Assembly: GCA_976226885.1 (NCBI GenBank)
Contig: OZ320315.1
Coordinates: forward strand, 48,856,001-48,920,000
Source: Iphione sp. A-MEVVRFRX5
Taxonomy: Eukaryota
DNA length: 64,000 bases
Direction: 5' to 3'
Shown here: positions 1 to 13,646 of the stretch, in pieces
How the letters are laid out: each line of letters opens with the position of its first letter
How positions within the stretch are numbered: position 1 is the first letter of the stretch
Translations under genes and position numbers: made by a program
Notes under the pieces: generated by a model
The model's database searches: none
What the model saw: only the letters and a program-made list of their open reading frames with translations
What the model was told of the DNA's origin: nothing

Positions 1-2181
1 ATACGGATTAATTCCACCATACAAATGAGGATAAGCCATATACTCTCCATTTGCGTCATAAATTAAACTCAATGGCATATTGTATTCACCCGGAGCAATA
101 TCGAAAAACAAGTCCCCAGTATGAGCATCTAGAAGACTTTGCATTTGCAAATCCTTCTCAGTGACATCAACTTCAGAGAAGTTATCTTCATCACTATCGC
201 TATCATCATTGTCAAGTTCCTTAGTATTACAACTTTCGCTGTAACAACGCTCATTGGCTGCTTCATCTACAGATTCAGCTGTCAAACTTGGTCCATCGTT
301 CATCAATGCATTCACTGTTTGCGTTAACCAATCGTAATCAATGATAACATTATCTTCTTTATACAAAGGACTATTCTTCACTAACCACTCTAGAGCCTTC
401 AACACATTAACAGGGCGCACATTGAATTGCCTGTATGCATGCTTGTTTGAAAGTTTTCTCTTCAACCGAACACATGTAGTACCTGCCGTATTTATGTACC
501 TCGGCAACTGAACAACAGTATCCTCTACACGTGCCAAAACATTCACAACAGGTCCCTTCAAACTGTATTGAAAACCACGGGGTAAATAACGTATTTGCAT
601 AAATGCAAGACGCCGAGCTACAAGACGTGCCTCATCGACAGTAATTTGTAACTCATGGGGAACAGTTGGCAATATAAATCCGTTCATGTAACAGATACGA
701 GGTAAACGACGGTCACTAATCGCTTTGGAACATGTTTGACAAATATATTTGCATTCATTTTGAGACTTACCACCTACTACATGTTGAATATGATAGTAAA
801 TTTCTGAAGTGACTTCCCGAACACTATGAATAAACCACACCTGGCTACACATGCAACAACAATAATGTGGCCCTTCTTCAATGTTAAGAAAAAAACTCTT
901 GATACACTTGTCTAACTCATTTGCGGTTGAATCTGTATCAGAAGAAACAACATTACCATTTGTTTTCTTGCGAACTTTTGCATTCTGTGAATTAACTACC
1001 CTGATAGACCGCTTCTGCTTCCTACTCTTTTCACTACTACAGTTTCCAATTATTTGATTTAAAATGTCGGCTTTATCATTGACCACATTAGTTTTACCAC
1101 AAACAGCCTTTTTTCTACCTTTGGTATGTTGTAACGCTACTAAGTTAGGTACAAGCATGCCATCACTGTTTATCAACACACTTCTGCAGTTCGGTTCTTT
1201 CAGAGACTTACTTTTCTTGTCACTTCTAGTTGTACTACACGTGTTCTTCCTTTCAGATTGTAGCCCCGTTTTTTCTTGACTGTTACTACTCTTTTGGACA
1301 AATTCTTTTACACAAGCACTTCCATTTCTGCTTTTCTTCTGATCGGATTTAGTCTTACTAAACATCTGAGAAATGCCAGTTGTTTTGATAAAGCTAGAAA
1401 TATTACCGTTCCGTTCCGTTAACCTGTTTCCTTGTACCGATTCACTTACATTAGATCTACATGACTTTTCTGTTGTATGAAACATATCCTTACCTACCCC
1501 ACACCTCAAATTCTCTATCACTTCCATAGCAATGAACCGGTTGGGATAAATAGAATTTATATCTACAAATATTTCACAGAACGTATCAGACAATCCAGTT
1601 TGGACCATATGCACCACAGAAATTTCATACTGGAATTGTTGTGAACTATAATATAACTTTTCTATATGACCAATAAGTTCATAAAAATCTTCAAAACATA
1701 TGTGAACAGCTGTACCTTCTGCCGACGGAAAACCTTTTTTAGAACGCGCATGAGAATCAAACATATAGTAAACGCCAGTTCTGCAATATACTGCAATAGA
1801 CAAATGCTGTGCAACAAATATACAGAACGGACTAATCGAGAATGCTTTCACAAACGCAAAATATATGGAATCGCCCTTTGGTATGTGTACACCAACAAAA
1901 CATTTCACCACATCAAAAAAAATCTTTCTACTATTTACAATCAATAATTGTGGCAACTCACAAGGAGTCAATTGCAAAGCAGTTATTCTCCGGCGAATTT
2001 GTGTATACAGAAAATCGCCAAAGTCGAGGACATCGTCTACATGTCTACTATTTACAATGCCATTACAAAAAACGAACACATAACACAAACAGCCGGCAGC
2101 AATAGCGGTACATTGATTGCCACGACCACTGTGATTATATACACTACTATTTTGACTCCGAGAACCTTGTAAAACTTTCAT
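1..2181 (-). CDS. Helentron RepHel polyprotein, N-terminal ~727 codons (peptidase C76-like domain, low-complexity linker, Cys-rich + DUF6570 region, start of Rep); 3'-partial
   Basis: Hand translation is open from ATG 2181 to base 1: MKVLQGSRSQ...GRGNQCTAIA...DDVLDFGDFLY...YYMFDSHARSKKGFPSAEGTA; CIKSFFLNIEEGPHYCCCMCSQMWF; YICQTC; FMQIRYLPRGFQYSLKGPVVNV...LPR...VRLKRKL...NVRPVNVLKALEWL; FDIAPGEYNMPLSLIYDANGEYMAYPHLYGG. Probably missing from the ORF track because it has no stop in the window. Confidence 0.9.
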   Translation of the reverse strand, partial: MKVLQGSRSQNSSVYNHSGRGNQCTAIAAGCLCYVFVFCNGIVNSRHVDDVLDFGDFLYTQIRRRITALQLTPCELPQLLIVNSRKIFFDVVKCFVGVHIPKGDSIYFAFVKAFSISPFCIFVAQHLSIAVYCRTGVYYMFDSHARSKKGFPSAEGTAVHICFEDFYELIGHIEKLYYSSQQFQYEISVVHMVQTGLSDTFCEIFVDINSIYPNRFIAMEVIENLRCGVGKDMFHTTEKSCRSNVSESVQGNRLTERNGNISSFIKTTGISQMFSKTKSDQKKSRNGSACVKEFVQKSSNSQEKTGLQSERKNTCSTTRSDKKSKSLKEPNCRSVLINSDGMLVPNLVALQHTKGRKKAVCGKTNVVNDKADILNQIIGNCSSEKSRKQKRSIRVVNSQNAKVRKKTNGNVVSSDTDSTANELDKCIKSFFLNIEEGPHYCCCMCSQVWFIHSVREVTSEIYYHIQHVVGGKSQNECKYICQTCSKAISDRRLPRICYMNGFILPTVPHELQITVDEARLVARRLAFMQIRYLPRGFQYSLKGPVVNVLARVEDTVVQLPRYINTAGTTCVRLKRKLSNKHAYRQFNVRPVNVLKALEWLVKNSPLYKEDNVIIDYDWLTQTVNALMNDGPSLTAESVDEAANERCYSESCNTKELDNDDSDSDEDNFSEVDVTEKDLQMQSLLDAHTGDLFFDIAPGEYNMPLSLIYDANGEYMAYPHLYGGINPY

Positions 2182-5100
2182 TGTAAAGTACAGCTGTTCT
2201 TTTTTCAACACTTTATATTCAATGTCAAAAACTTAATACTTTCCCATTATACCACATAAAAGAACAATAACTTTTCTCTATAATTTTATCCGTCCTATTA
2301 TTTGGTTATCGTCTCACTGATAGCACACCAACACAGTCTTTGATTGAAAAAAGCCTACATTTACAAATCAACAATAAACTAATAAACTTGCGAACAACCA
2401 ACCTTTTCACATAAAATTGTTTCACAACATGTGGTTTTACTCTGACATAACCCCAAACTATACTTATTTAAATACAACGCGTACACAACAATATCAACTT
2501 TTGACGTCGCAGTAACATTAACCTCCTTCACATTACACACCTATCCTCTTCTTTCTGAATTGCTCTCCACAAACCCAACCAACTATAACACGAACACTAC
2601 CGACCTCGGCTGCCACCATGAACAATGCGGACTCTGTGCTAACACCCACCCTTTTTATATAAAACCTACTTGTCTAATCTTCAGTTGCCGACACAAAAAA
2701 TGTTCATCAATACAAACTCTCTTGTTGTTGTAGAAACATCCCCCTATGTGTCATACCGACCACAACGCCATAAAGTAAAAAGACCAGAACATCAAAGTAC
2801 TCTACTATCTGTCACGGAAGTCTTACACTATAAAAACCGACACAGCGTACAACGCATAAATAAAAACATAAACTTAAAAGCGGCTAGGAATCCACAAACC
2901 CAAACCGACCGGAACCAATCCCTACCATCTTTTGAAAAACATTTAAAAACTATTTTTGTTATTCCAATACCCACATACTTCGTTAAAAATGATAAAAACT
3001 AATACCAAATTAACAAACAAGTCTACAAAATCTTCTATAACAGTTTATTGACTAAATTCGTATACGCTTCCACCAATGCTTAATTTGCTTTTTACTTCTT
3101 CTAATTGCTTTATTAGCGTTCAGGTTTTCTTCATTCAAACTATTAGCATTCCTTTTAAGAATAGTGCACAGTAACACTAAACATTAAACACGAAAATATT
3201 AAACTATATCTATTAAAACAGTTACGTTTGACAGCGAAACCCTAAAATTTTGCAATTAAACTTATACTTTAACCATACTTATAAATAGTTGATAAATTCA
3301 CACCGATTCACTCTAAAAGATATTCAACTACACACACTCTTTCCATTCTTATACATAATGTTTGAATTATTAAAACACAAAACTTATATAGTTAAAAACA
3401 GATATATTCCCACCCTCTTTTAAGTATTCAGTCATCACACTACGCTCTTACATATCGTTTATGTGATTGGTCAGTTTTGAACCAATCACAGTTCACGAAC
3501 ATCTTTGCACACGGTACTGTTCCGCTCTGGTCGTTTGGACCACGCCTACCACTCTCTACTTACTTGTTCGCAGCATTTCTCGCCGAGTACCACTACCACA
3601 TACTAATTGTACTATTTACTACCACAGTCGTATACAAGAATCTTACAATAAGCCATTAACGGTTTATCACCTTGGCTTCTATACTAATATGGACATCCGA
3701 CGAGTTGTATGGAAACCTAAACAGATACTTACCAAAGACACAGGTATGTACTAATTACCCGCAAACTACACAGTATACAATGTTCCAAGTACTATTTCTG
3801 CGAACTTCCAAACTACACTCATATAAACACATCGTCCAATATTTTCAATGCCGTTCGCATCAGCCGCTACAACGCCGTAGTCTTCACACATATCGCCTTA
3901 CACACTTAGACAGAACACAACGAACACACGTACAACCAGTAAAGATATTCTTATCAGCAAACAATACTCACTTTATATAAACCATACATTCAATTCGTAT
4001 ATGATTACTTCTTCCATATTTCCAATGTATTCCACTTATACGTAATGCTTCATCTCGGACTATATCTTTGTTGATTTAATTCTCTTTCAGCCACTTGGAC
4101 TACAAACGATGTGCCTCTTCTGCCCACCAGTCAGGACCCACAAACTATTACTACTTGTAAGTATGGACACTACAGCAATCTTTAAAGGAAACTTCTTTAG
4201 ATTTCTAAACATATATCAGTCTTAGTCTTTATTATTACAACTGTGTCCTCATAGCACTCCACTGAACTCTATCCACCTATTAACTTTTGTTGGTTCAGAA
4301 GACCCTATGCTACAGTATTACCTTAGCATATACAACACCTCCAACCAAAACAATTTGTGCCCAATTATTTCCGTCCTTCACATGTTTCCCGGCCTCACCT
4401 CTTTCCTATCCCCAAGAATGCCTGCTGCTACTATCCCCTAACCCTAAAGCACTATACCCGCGTGTGAGAACCATCTACACCCGCACCGCTAAAAGTAAGA
4501 TACAGCATATCCCGCCGAAGCAGTTGCCTAAGTTATACCCATGTATATACCCAAATGTACGGACCTTCCACACCTACCAAGTTGTCAGTAAACTACGACA
4601 TGTCCCACCGAAGTAGTTACCAAATTATATTCATATATTTCTGTTTTGATACTAAGTCAGCCTATAGATAACACAATTGGCGCATCATCAACAGAGGACC
4701 CCAAAACAAGCAACCTTAACCACAATACCACTCTGATGACTCCCTTAGTCTCTCTCTCTACCTACCATGACTCATACCAAACCACAGTTGTTTAATTTTA
4801 ATATTAACTAAAAAAAAATGTTCAATAAGTCATCGTCTTCCTCAGATACTTAGCTTTCATTTGATATGACACAACACTGTAGTAATATAAGTCCCTTTCC
4901 AGCATTCACACCCTTGCCGCTACTGCCGCCGCGAACACGCAGAAAAAAACAGCCAGGAAAAAGTTAGAAACAAAGTTTAAACAAAAGCAGACTAAACCTG
5001 AAAAAGTCATCGGCCTGTAGTCGCGCCAGCTACAGTAGAATTTAGCGGCGCATATATCTGGACGCAACCTGATGCGAACACAGTCGACCTGACATGCTAC

Positions 5101-5227
5101 CATGTCTTCACAAACACTTCATAACTATACAAATAACCAATAATACTCCTCATATTGTTCTAGTGCCTACCGCAAATAAATGAACGCCATTCTACAACCT
5201 CAAACTAATTTTGCACTTTACTTCCAG

Positions 5228-5520
5228 TTCAACCAGTTCCGATCCCGGCTGACGCAATCCAGAATGTACTAGCAGAACTCAGCTATCTTCGAACGATCAC
5301 GTTGAATCTACAGAGTGAAAACAAGTTACTCCAACAGCAACTACACCAGGCAAATGATGAAATCGTACACTGTCGTAACGCAATAAGAAGCTTGCAACAT
5401 GACCAAAGCATGACAAAACAGTCTTTCGGAAACTTCCACTTGCAAGTTGAGGCTCTAGTTCGCCATCAAAGCGTTGTCGATACCCACATTAATACGATCA
5501 TTTGTTCGCAAACTGAATAA
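5228..5520 (+). CDS. Isolated coiled-coil-coding exon-like ORF inside the Helentron
   Basis: Acceptor ttttgcactttacttccag at 5227, then VQPVPIPADAIQNVLAELSYLRTITLNLQSENKLLQQQLHQANDEIVHCRNAIRSLQHDQ... with heptad-like pattern; stop at 5520. Confidence 0.4.
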
Positions 5521-7847
5521 AAATGTTCGACAGACAATAATCTACTTTAACAATATGTTCTTCAACGACAATAAACTTTTAAATACTGTTGTTTTTAACG
5601 TCGCATGAACAAAACTAATTAACGCAACCAGTTAAACCAAAACTTACGTCATGCCACCTTCAGTTCAATAAAATGTTTCCAGAAATCACTTGTCATGTTG
5701 TTCTTACTGCCACTAGTATTGATGTTAAACTATATGAACTATCTAGATTTGCTACTAGTTGCGGAACCTACAATGGACTATTGATTTTTGTTATAACCTG
5801 GCATTAGACATTAAAGATGTCCTAATTTTCCGCCACTACGAATCAGAGATATGAGTAACTCCTCTACTGCTAAATGCTACAAAACAAAATAACAGAAAAA
5901 AAAAGAACATAAAGCCCACCCACTATCCTGGTTCTCCAACGCAATCGAATAAGAGTATCAATAAAACTCCTCTACTGCTTATTGTTCAGAAAACAACAAA
6001 AAACAACAAATAGAAAAATAATATAGTGAACCCGACACACTAAACAAACAAACAGATGGTGAAAACTGACTTTTCACTTATGTGGTACTACAATGCTCAT
6101 TATCTTTTTATATGTATCACTTTGTATATTAATGTTTAAAATTAAAGTCAATTTAACCATTCTACTGGTAGTGAACTTAAATACGAAAACTACAAATAAC
6201 AATATATGTGCAAACATTTCTTCTGTCACCCAATGTACCCCACCATAATTATGCACATCTCATTCACGACTCATATAGATCTATTTTTAAATATCCCCAT
6301 GTTAATTACTATTATTGCTTTACGCATTTGCACTTAAGTCCTGTTTTCGACAATACCTAAGAAGCACACAAAGATGTTGTGTTCACTTTTTTTCCAAAAC
6401 TGTTCCATTTTTATCTACACTTACACACAACCACACTAACCAGCGCACTTTAACCAGAACGTTATTCTTCCTATCACACTTTTTCTTGCAATTATTTCAC
6501 TTAAACCGAACTTTTGCTGACCCTATATGTCACTCAACTTCAAACAATACTAAATCAATACCAGGAAATAAGTTTAACGACGCATTTACCCGTATCCACC
6601 ATTTGCATAAACTTAAATCTTTGCAACAACCAACTAGTAACTTGCACTTAATCTACAACCGCGTGATTAATCAAGTACCTCGGCGCCATGGACTAGACAC
6701 ACCACCGTCTTTCACTGATAGTCACTTTTCAATACCAATATCGCCACCTATTAATTACACAACGCTTTTGATTATCTAACGCCAGAACCCTTCCGAAACA
6801 ACATCACAAAACCACACATCCTTCTTATCAGCAACCTATGTCGCTCACTTCAACGTCAACCACCACTATCCCATTTGAATTACACTCACAACGCCTCTTC
6901 CTAACACATTGTAGTTCTTACCAGCGCCGCGACGTCACTGCCTTCTATCAACAAAACATGTTCTTCCTAACATTTCGACAAGCTACTGCTATCACTGACC
7001 TAAACCCAACTGCACGCCATATTATGCAACTTTTTACGACAGACTCGATTTTATATCCAACAAACGTCTTAAGCATAGCAGTAGAGATAGAGATAGCATT
7101 TTACAACACTAGATCATGCTTCAATGATCACGGACAGTAGAGATACACCACACTGTGTAGAGGAAGTGCCACATATATCAGCTCCCATAGCGGAACTACT
7201 TTTGGGCAACGTTTTATATAGGTAGTGTAATAAAACTTCAGTCAACGCTTTAAACAACGACTGCTATCACTGACACTTTAACGACCGCCGACTTTATCAA
7301 TTCGCCCGCCTTATCGCTAGGGACCTGTTGCGCAATGTTTCTGACGGTGCCGTGATGTCCCCAGGCCGCGCCCTTCCTGCCGCCTACTCTTCCATCAACA
7401 CGGTATAGCTACAACCGCTACCTCAAATAACAAAGGCAACCGCTCGATACCACCGTGCAGATACACCAATCACGACCACGGGTATGCCCGCACGTGACAA
7501 ACCAGTCCACTCATTTGCATATCCGCAAGACCTGCCTACATCCGCATATCTTTTACTATAAATACCTGGCGCATCCATACCACCCACAACACTTCGTTTC
7601 CGACAGCCACCATCGCTTCATTTGCTACAAGCCTACACTCGAACGTTAACTTCAGACCGCTGTGAGAAGAAGTCACCGCCTCACTCACTATCACGCTGTC
7701 GCAACAAATTAACAAGTAAGTAATTCGTGTACATACAACAACTCGACACACTATACGACCACCATCATAAGATTGACGGAAATTTCATTTTAATACACCA
7801 ACTTAAATACTAGTCAATTACGATCACATTATACAATAAGAACACAC

Positions 7848-8069
7848 ACAGGGGGTGTCAACTATTTTGGTGAAACGTTATTGATGATTTTAGTTCAGCG
7901 CTAAACGTTATTTGCCCTTCTCAATTGTGGTGAAACGTTATTGAACAAATACTGGTGAAGCATTATCAGGGAATTATTTCATGGTGAAGCATAATCTGAC
8001 CTTTCTTTAAGCACTCGGCTCATCTGAATTCTTGGTGAAACGTTATTGAGCCCCCCTGACCCCCCCTAT
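7848..8069. mobile_element. MITE with 13-bp imperfect TIRs and 7-bp target duplication
   Basis: TIRs acagggggtgtca / tgaccccccctat (11/13 match); aacacac at 7841-7847 and 8070-8076; internal repeats of tggtgaaacgttattga. Confidence 0.6.
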
Positions 8070-9110
8070 AACACACTTGTCGCACAATACAAACTCTACA
8101 AACCATGACTACATTCCGAACATATGCAAAAACAATAACAACGTACATGTTGTTCTGATAGAACCTTTACACTACCTATATAACACGTTACCTAACTGTG
8201 AAGCATGGAAAAAACATCATATGTGTATGACAATCTTCCTGGTCCTCATAATTAAGTGATGTAAATCTTTTGGAATATCACTGCTCTATGTTTCAAAGTA
8301 AAACCGCAATGTAAATAACAACATAAATTTCTACACTACTTTTCAGTAACATGTTATCCCTTACCGATTTGTACATATAGAGCCTATACTTTAACCATAT
8401 AAACAACTAGACATCATAAGTGTAATTAATCCATGTACCGAACACACTTATAATTACACAATTGACCACTTTTTTTTCCCGGGATTACAACCACTCACCT
8501 GACACGTAGCACTGACCTGTAAATACTCAGTCAACTTAAACCTCAACTGAATATAGTTCTACAATACTCATCACTTCACTAACGCTACGCTTTGTAAGTT
8601 TCTTCCACACATATACTACCCTGTTAGGAAAACTTGGCCAAACAATCCGCCCGATGGACACTTTCACTGCCACTTTTTAACTTCCGTATACCATTTGTTA
8701 TAGAACATTTTATCAACTTTTCAACTTCCTGTTCCAACAAATTTACATATCTGTGCACTTTGTTTAAACCCTACAGCTGTCAACTCAGCGGTTGACCATA
8801 CATACCTAATAGACAACTATAAGGACATCGGCTATCCCAACATCCACCATAGGAACGCCTTAACTCCGGTAAGTGCCAAACATGTACACTTGATATTCAC
8901 TATTAACACTTGCAAAATACAACCTAACCTACGCTACTTACATACAACTTCCGCCTTCAGAAATTTCACCATGGTCTACTTTTTCCAACCCAGTTTTCCA
9001 ACTTCTAAATTGCAACTACAACCTTTACGTTGACCTTTACAAACTACAAATACGCATATATATGATTAAACCCTGTCAATTGAGTCCTCTTTTCTACACA
9101 CACTACTTAC

Positions 9111-9574
9111 GGTAACCGGTCAACTGGGCCCGTAAGTCAATTGGGCCCGTCAACTGGGCCCCTAGTCGGCGGTGGTGGTGGCGGCAGCGGCGAGAGTGTC
9201 GCACCGCCGGCCCGTAATGGGCGGTGGTGACGGCCGCGGCAACAACCACTGTGTTGTCGCACTACCGGCCCGTAGTCGGCGTCGGCGGCCACAGTGTTCA
9301 AACTCCATCTAGTGCATTCTGTTGGTAATATATGTCTATATGTGAGACCCCTACACCCCCCTTATTTCTGTAAAAAATCTTGACTGAAAAGGGTGGGGGG
9401 AGACCCCCCGCACCACCCCCCCTTTTTTGTAAAGAATCGTGACTGGAAAAAATGTCAACTGACATGAGGGGGAATTGAACCTGTATATCTGGCACAAGTC
9501 CCCTGGTGGACCGAATCGCTTACGGGCCCAATTGACGAGCCCAATTAACTTACGGGCCCAGTTGACCAGGAATC
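9111..9574. mobile_element. MITE with 8-bp TSD (hAT/P-like)
   Basis: TIRs ggtaaccggtcaactgggcccgtaagtcaattggg / cccaattaacttacgggcccagttgaccaggaatc; TSD ctacttac at 9103-9110 and 9575-9582; GC-rich, breaking the surrounding strand bias. Confidence 0.85.
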
Positions 9575-10510
9575 CTACTTACTAGTGTCCCGTTACATAC
9601 CACATCTTCCCTAACAATGTTGTCATAGATTATTGAAATCGGCAACCCAACCACTTCTAACTAACACTATATGAACAATCAGCTGTAAGCTAATTTTTAC
9701 CAATGTTACTATCATCATGAAACCTATTGTTGAACTATATAGTTATATCCTCAATCTACATCATTAGTTCAGTAAATTATGCGAAATGTAACATACCATA
9801 TTAATCTAGTTTAAATGTTGCACATATGAACACTAGCACCGATATTCTGCATTTGCCACTGTAACTCTCCATGCCTGATGAACGAAACAAAATGAATTAA
9901 TAATTAATGCCACATCCCAAACCCCGCCGGGACTCACTACCACCACCAAACACCTTAAATGTAAAAACCAACTACACACTTGTCCTTTGCTTGCCTCCCT
10001 AATCTACGTACACTTCCACTTATCCATCATAAATTACGCAGAAATGGAACCATCGTTAACAACAACTTTTCTCCTACAGACATTCACGGACAACACATCG
10101 CCCCGGACACCATCACAAGTTTACATGTAGTAACCTTTTTCCAACTCAACAACAACTTCAGGTAAGTTATAAGCACACTCTCTTGTTTTCCACATTGATA
10201 AAATTGTCACAGAACATTGTGTTTACCGACTATCTTACTGATACATTGTTCACTTACCAACTTTTGTGTACACTATACCGACTACAATAACTCATTGACC
10301 ATTCATGAAATTTTAGCACTACTCTACTGAAAGCGCCAACAACCTAAAACACACATTTTTCTTTACAGAACACCGAGACAACGAAACACCTCATAATAAC
10401 TTCAACACTCTACACCGGTTTCGTCATTAACTTCTGGCCTTCTGTACCAAGTATGGTTAATACCAATCTCAGGCACCTGACACTCTGAGATGCACTTCGG
10501 CCATACTTAC

Positions 10511-11132
10511 CTACGCGACACATGTCCGGACAATTCTACTGACTGAAACATCTGCTCCGCGCCCGACAAGACATCAACCCCAAGACTACAACCATCTTTC
10601 CGCCGTAACTCCTTAAGAAACCCAAAACATCTTTGGTAAATTACTTCACGTAGTACTGTATATTCTGTGGACCTCCATGTGTAAGATCATGTCAGAGCCA
10701 TGACTACTATGCGGACACTGAAATGAACACACACTTTTCATCCCAACTTAGTGAATTGATTTAAACCTGACTCCTTTCCAGATTAGTATTATTTCACAAC
10801 ACACATTATTGTCACATTAGGTATAGTATTAGTAAATACTCTGTACCTCTTGTCTTGTTATCACACTCTCACGTCTCGAACATTATGTATTACCGAGTTC
10901 GACTTTATACTCTTAACTAACACGTATTTCATTTCAGAAGTGTTTTCCCTGCACCAGAACACTCAATCCATTTACTTCGATTCTTCCATTGAGAACGTGT
11001 GAAAAGTACTTATCGTAAACTTACACTGCTACCTTCCTTCAGCCACTTCAGACTGCACTCGACACAGACTCTATAACCTTGTAAACTGTTTTGTGCAGCA
11101 TATTTTTTCACCAGTTCTTCTTTGCAAAGAAT
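10511..11132 (-). pseudogene. Decayed RING-finger-like cargo exons
   Basis: Exon 11132-11025 (ag...gtaagt, 108 nt) ILCKEELVKKYAAQNSLQGYRVCVECSLKWLKEGSS joins in phase 0 to an exon from 10717 (ttcatttcag) CPHSSHG...; several zinc ligands are substituted and the second exon is frame-disrupted. Confidence 0.35.
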
Positions 11133-11529
11133 CTAGCACCTAAACTATTCCTCTTTCCGTCTACTTCTTCAAGAACCAACCTCATCCATACATTCTTCTC
11201 TGCGTACAAAAACATTGACTTTTCTTCCTTATTACTTACCAAACTTACCTATTGTATCCACCGGTACTTCTACCAAGGTCATCAGAAATCGACACCAAAC
11301 ATTGTGTATTTATCGCATTAACTACAAACCATTAACCTACCCACCTAAGTTACAAACCTTGCCTCTAAATTAAACTTTAAGAACTTCTTTGAATTCAAAT
11401 CCATAATGTTTTCCGCCATCATTCGGTCAAATACCAACACATGTGCCTCTATTTCTTTCACCAATTATGTAAATAACTATCTAATGTTTCCGCCAATAAC
11501 ATAAGTCACCGCCACACTTATTGCAACTC

Positions 11530-13330
11530 AAGGTTAGTCTTGTTGACCATTGAATGAATTCCTTTGTATTGTTCAGGTTCCTCACTGCTCAGTACCAATG
11601 CTTCTTTGATTAGTACCTTCTTCTCCCAAGACTATACTAATCCAATACCGCTTCCTTGTCTTGCTTCCACAGCTCTTCGTACTCATTTTCATTTACTGAA
11701 GTCCTTATCCCTTGTTTCACTTTTAAAAGCCACTAAAACTACATAGTAAAAACCAACTTACACTTAACAAGTGTAATTCCGTCTCACCAACCTTCATTAG
11801 ACAATTGGCCAAATTTTACATGACACTTTCCAGTTGAACTTAATGGAATTCTGTCAATTTCTTCATCTCCATTACAACCTTCTTCTCGTCCAGTTCTTGA
11901 TTCATTCCTGCATGGATTTTCCCTTATATTGTTCAAGTTCCTAAGTATAAATGCCAATGCTTCCTTGATCAATGCCTTCTTCAGACTATCTCCTAAATTC
12001 CCTACCTCTACCGAATGTTATGCTCCTGCATAAATTTTTCCCTTACATTGTTCAAGTTCCTAAGTATCAATGCCAATGCTTCTTTGATCAATGCCTTCTT
12101 CAGACTATCTCCTAAATTCCCTACCTCTACAGAATGCTATAATAATCCAACTCACATTCTTGGGCTACCTTCACAGCTATTTTTTCTCTCATGAATACAC
12201 TCAATCCTTATCCCTTAGTTCACTTTTAGGAAAAAACTAAAACTATATCATATACTTCATATTACACTAGTCAGGAAAATACAATCCCAATTTCCTTCAT
12301 ACGCTGAAGCCTAGATTTTACCTGACACATTCCAGTGCACGTTACTAGTATTATGCGAGTTGAACAATATTCATTGCAACCTTCTTCTCGACCGGTTCTT
12401 AATCTCTAATTCTTTCACTAAAATCCTTGTCCCCTTGGTTCACTTTTAAATCGGAACTAAACTACATCGTGTACTCAACTTAACCTTGTCAGATATAATA
12501 CCGTCCCACTTACCTTCGTTACACTATGCCTCAGTTATCACTACAGTCCCTACATTAACTCGTAGATAACACAACTAAAACTATATGGTATACTCCAGCT
12601 TACACGTGCCAAACGAAACCACTCACTTCCCTTCATTACGCATCTAGACTCCATTTTGTGTTTTGGTCCCTTCTTTCACTTTTACAATAACTAAAACTAT
12701 ATCGTGTACTCAAAGTTACACTTATCCAATGTACCACCGTCCCACCTCCCTTAATTACACTAAAACTTCCATCTCCGTGGTATCCGAATTACACTTATCA
12801 AACGAACACCATCCCACCTCCCTTCATTACACTAAAACTTACATCTTGCTGTCGCTTTCTAGTACCAGTTACTAGAAAGCGACAATTCATTCATGCCCAT
12901 TGCAACTTCCTTCTGATCCTGTTCTTGTCATACTCCTAAGCATTTATGCACTATGTCTTTCGCCTCGTACTACCACATTCCTTTTATACTACTACGCTTA
13001 TTGCACTCTATTACGCTGTAGACTTGGTTATACAATTTCATCCTTTGGTTCACGTTTCCATAAAAAACTCATTACCATATACCCCTTCCTACACTTGTCA
13101 AATTAAATATCATCCCACTTTCTTTCATTAAGCCTTTACACTCCATTTTACGTTTTCATCCCTTGGTTCACTTTTAGCAAAGATGTACTATATTATGAAC
13201 TCCAGCTTACACTTATCAGGTGTACTACTGTCCCACCTACCTTTATTACACAAATGGTCATATTTTGCTTAATACTTTTACTAATATAAATGGTGTTCTG
13301 CCAGTTCATTCATATCCATTACAGCCTTCT
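11530..13330 (-). repeat. Degenerate ~200-300-bp tandemly repeated exon/intron-like units
   Basis: Recurring ccttcttctcgtcc-type and tcccttggttcactttt motifs; minus strand reads e.g. GDSLKKALIKEALAFILRNLNNIRE / RTGREEGCN...CQ|gtaaaa. Confidence 0.55.
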
Positions 13331-13646
13331 TCTCGTCCTGAACAACTTCGTGCCTACACTTCGTTCGAAATTCCACAAATTATATAAAATATCATTGTCT
13401 TCATTTGAATTGCATTTAACTTGCCCTCCTCACCTCATTTCTATACTACACTAGAAACACCAGCAAACACCTTAAAACCCATAAAGTATAATAATACAGA
13501 AACCTTTTGTCCTCACAACAAAACTACTTAACATACAATATCCTTGCATAACCTCTATTTCCTACCTATCAACTGCTGTATTCAGTATACATACCATGAA
13601 ACATACTTTTTACTACATGAAACATACAGCACACGACCTATTCCAC

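Noticed and set aside
6315-7650. Plus-strand ORFs of 100-154 aa in the Helentron interior
   Set aside because: The G-poor strand has few TAG/TGA stops, so long frames are expected; no recognisable motifs.
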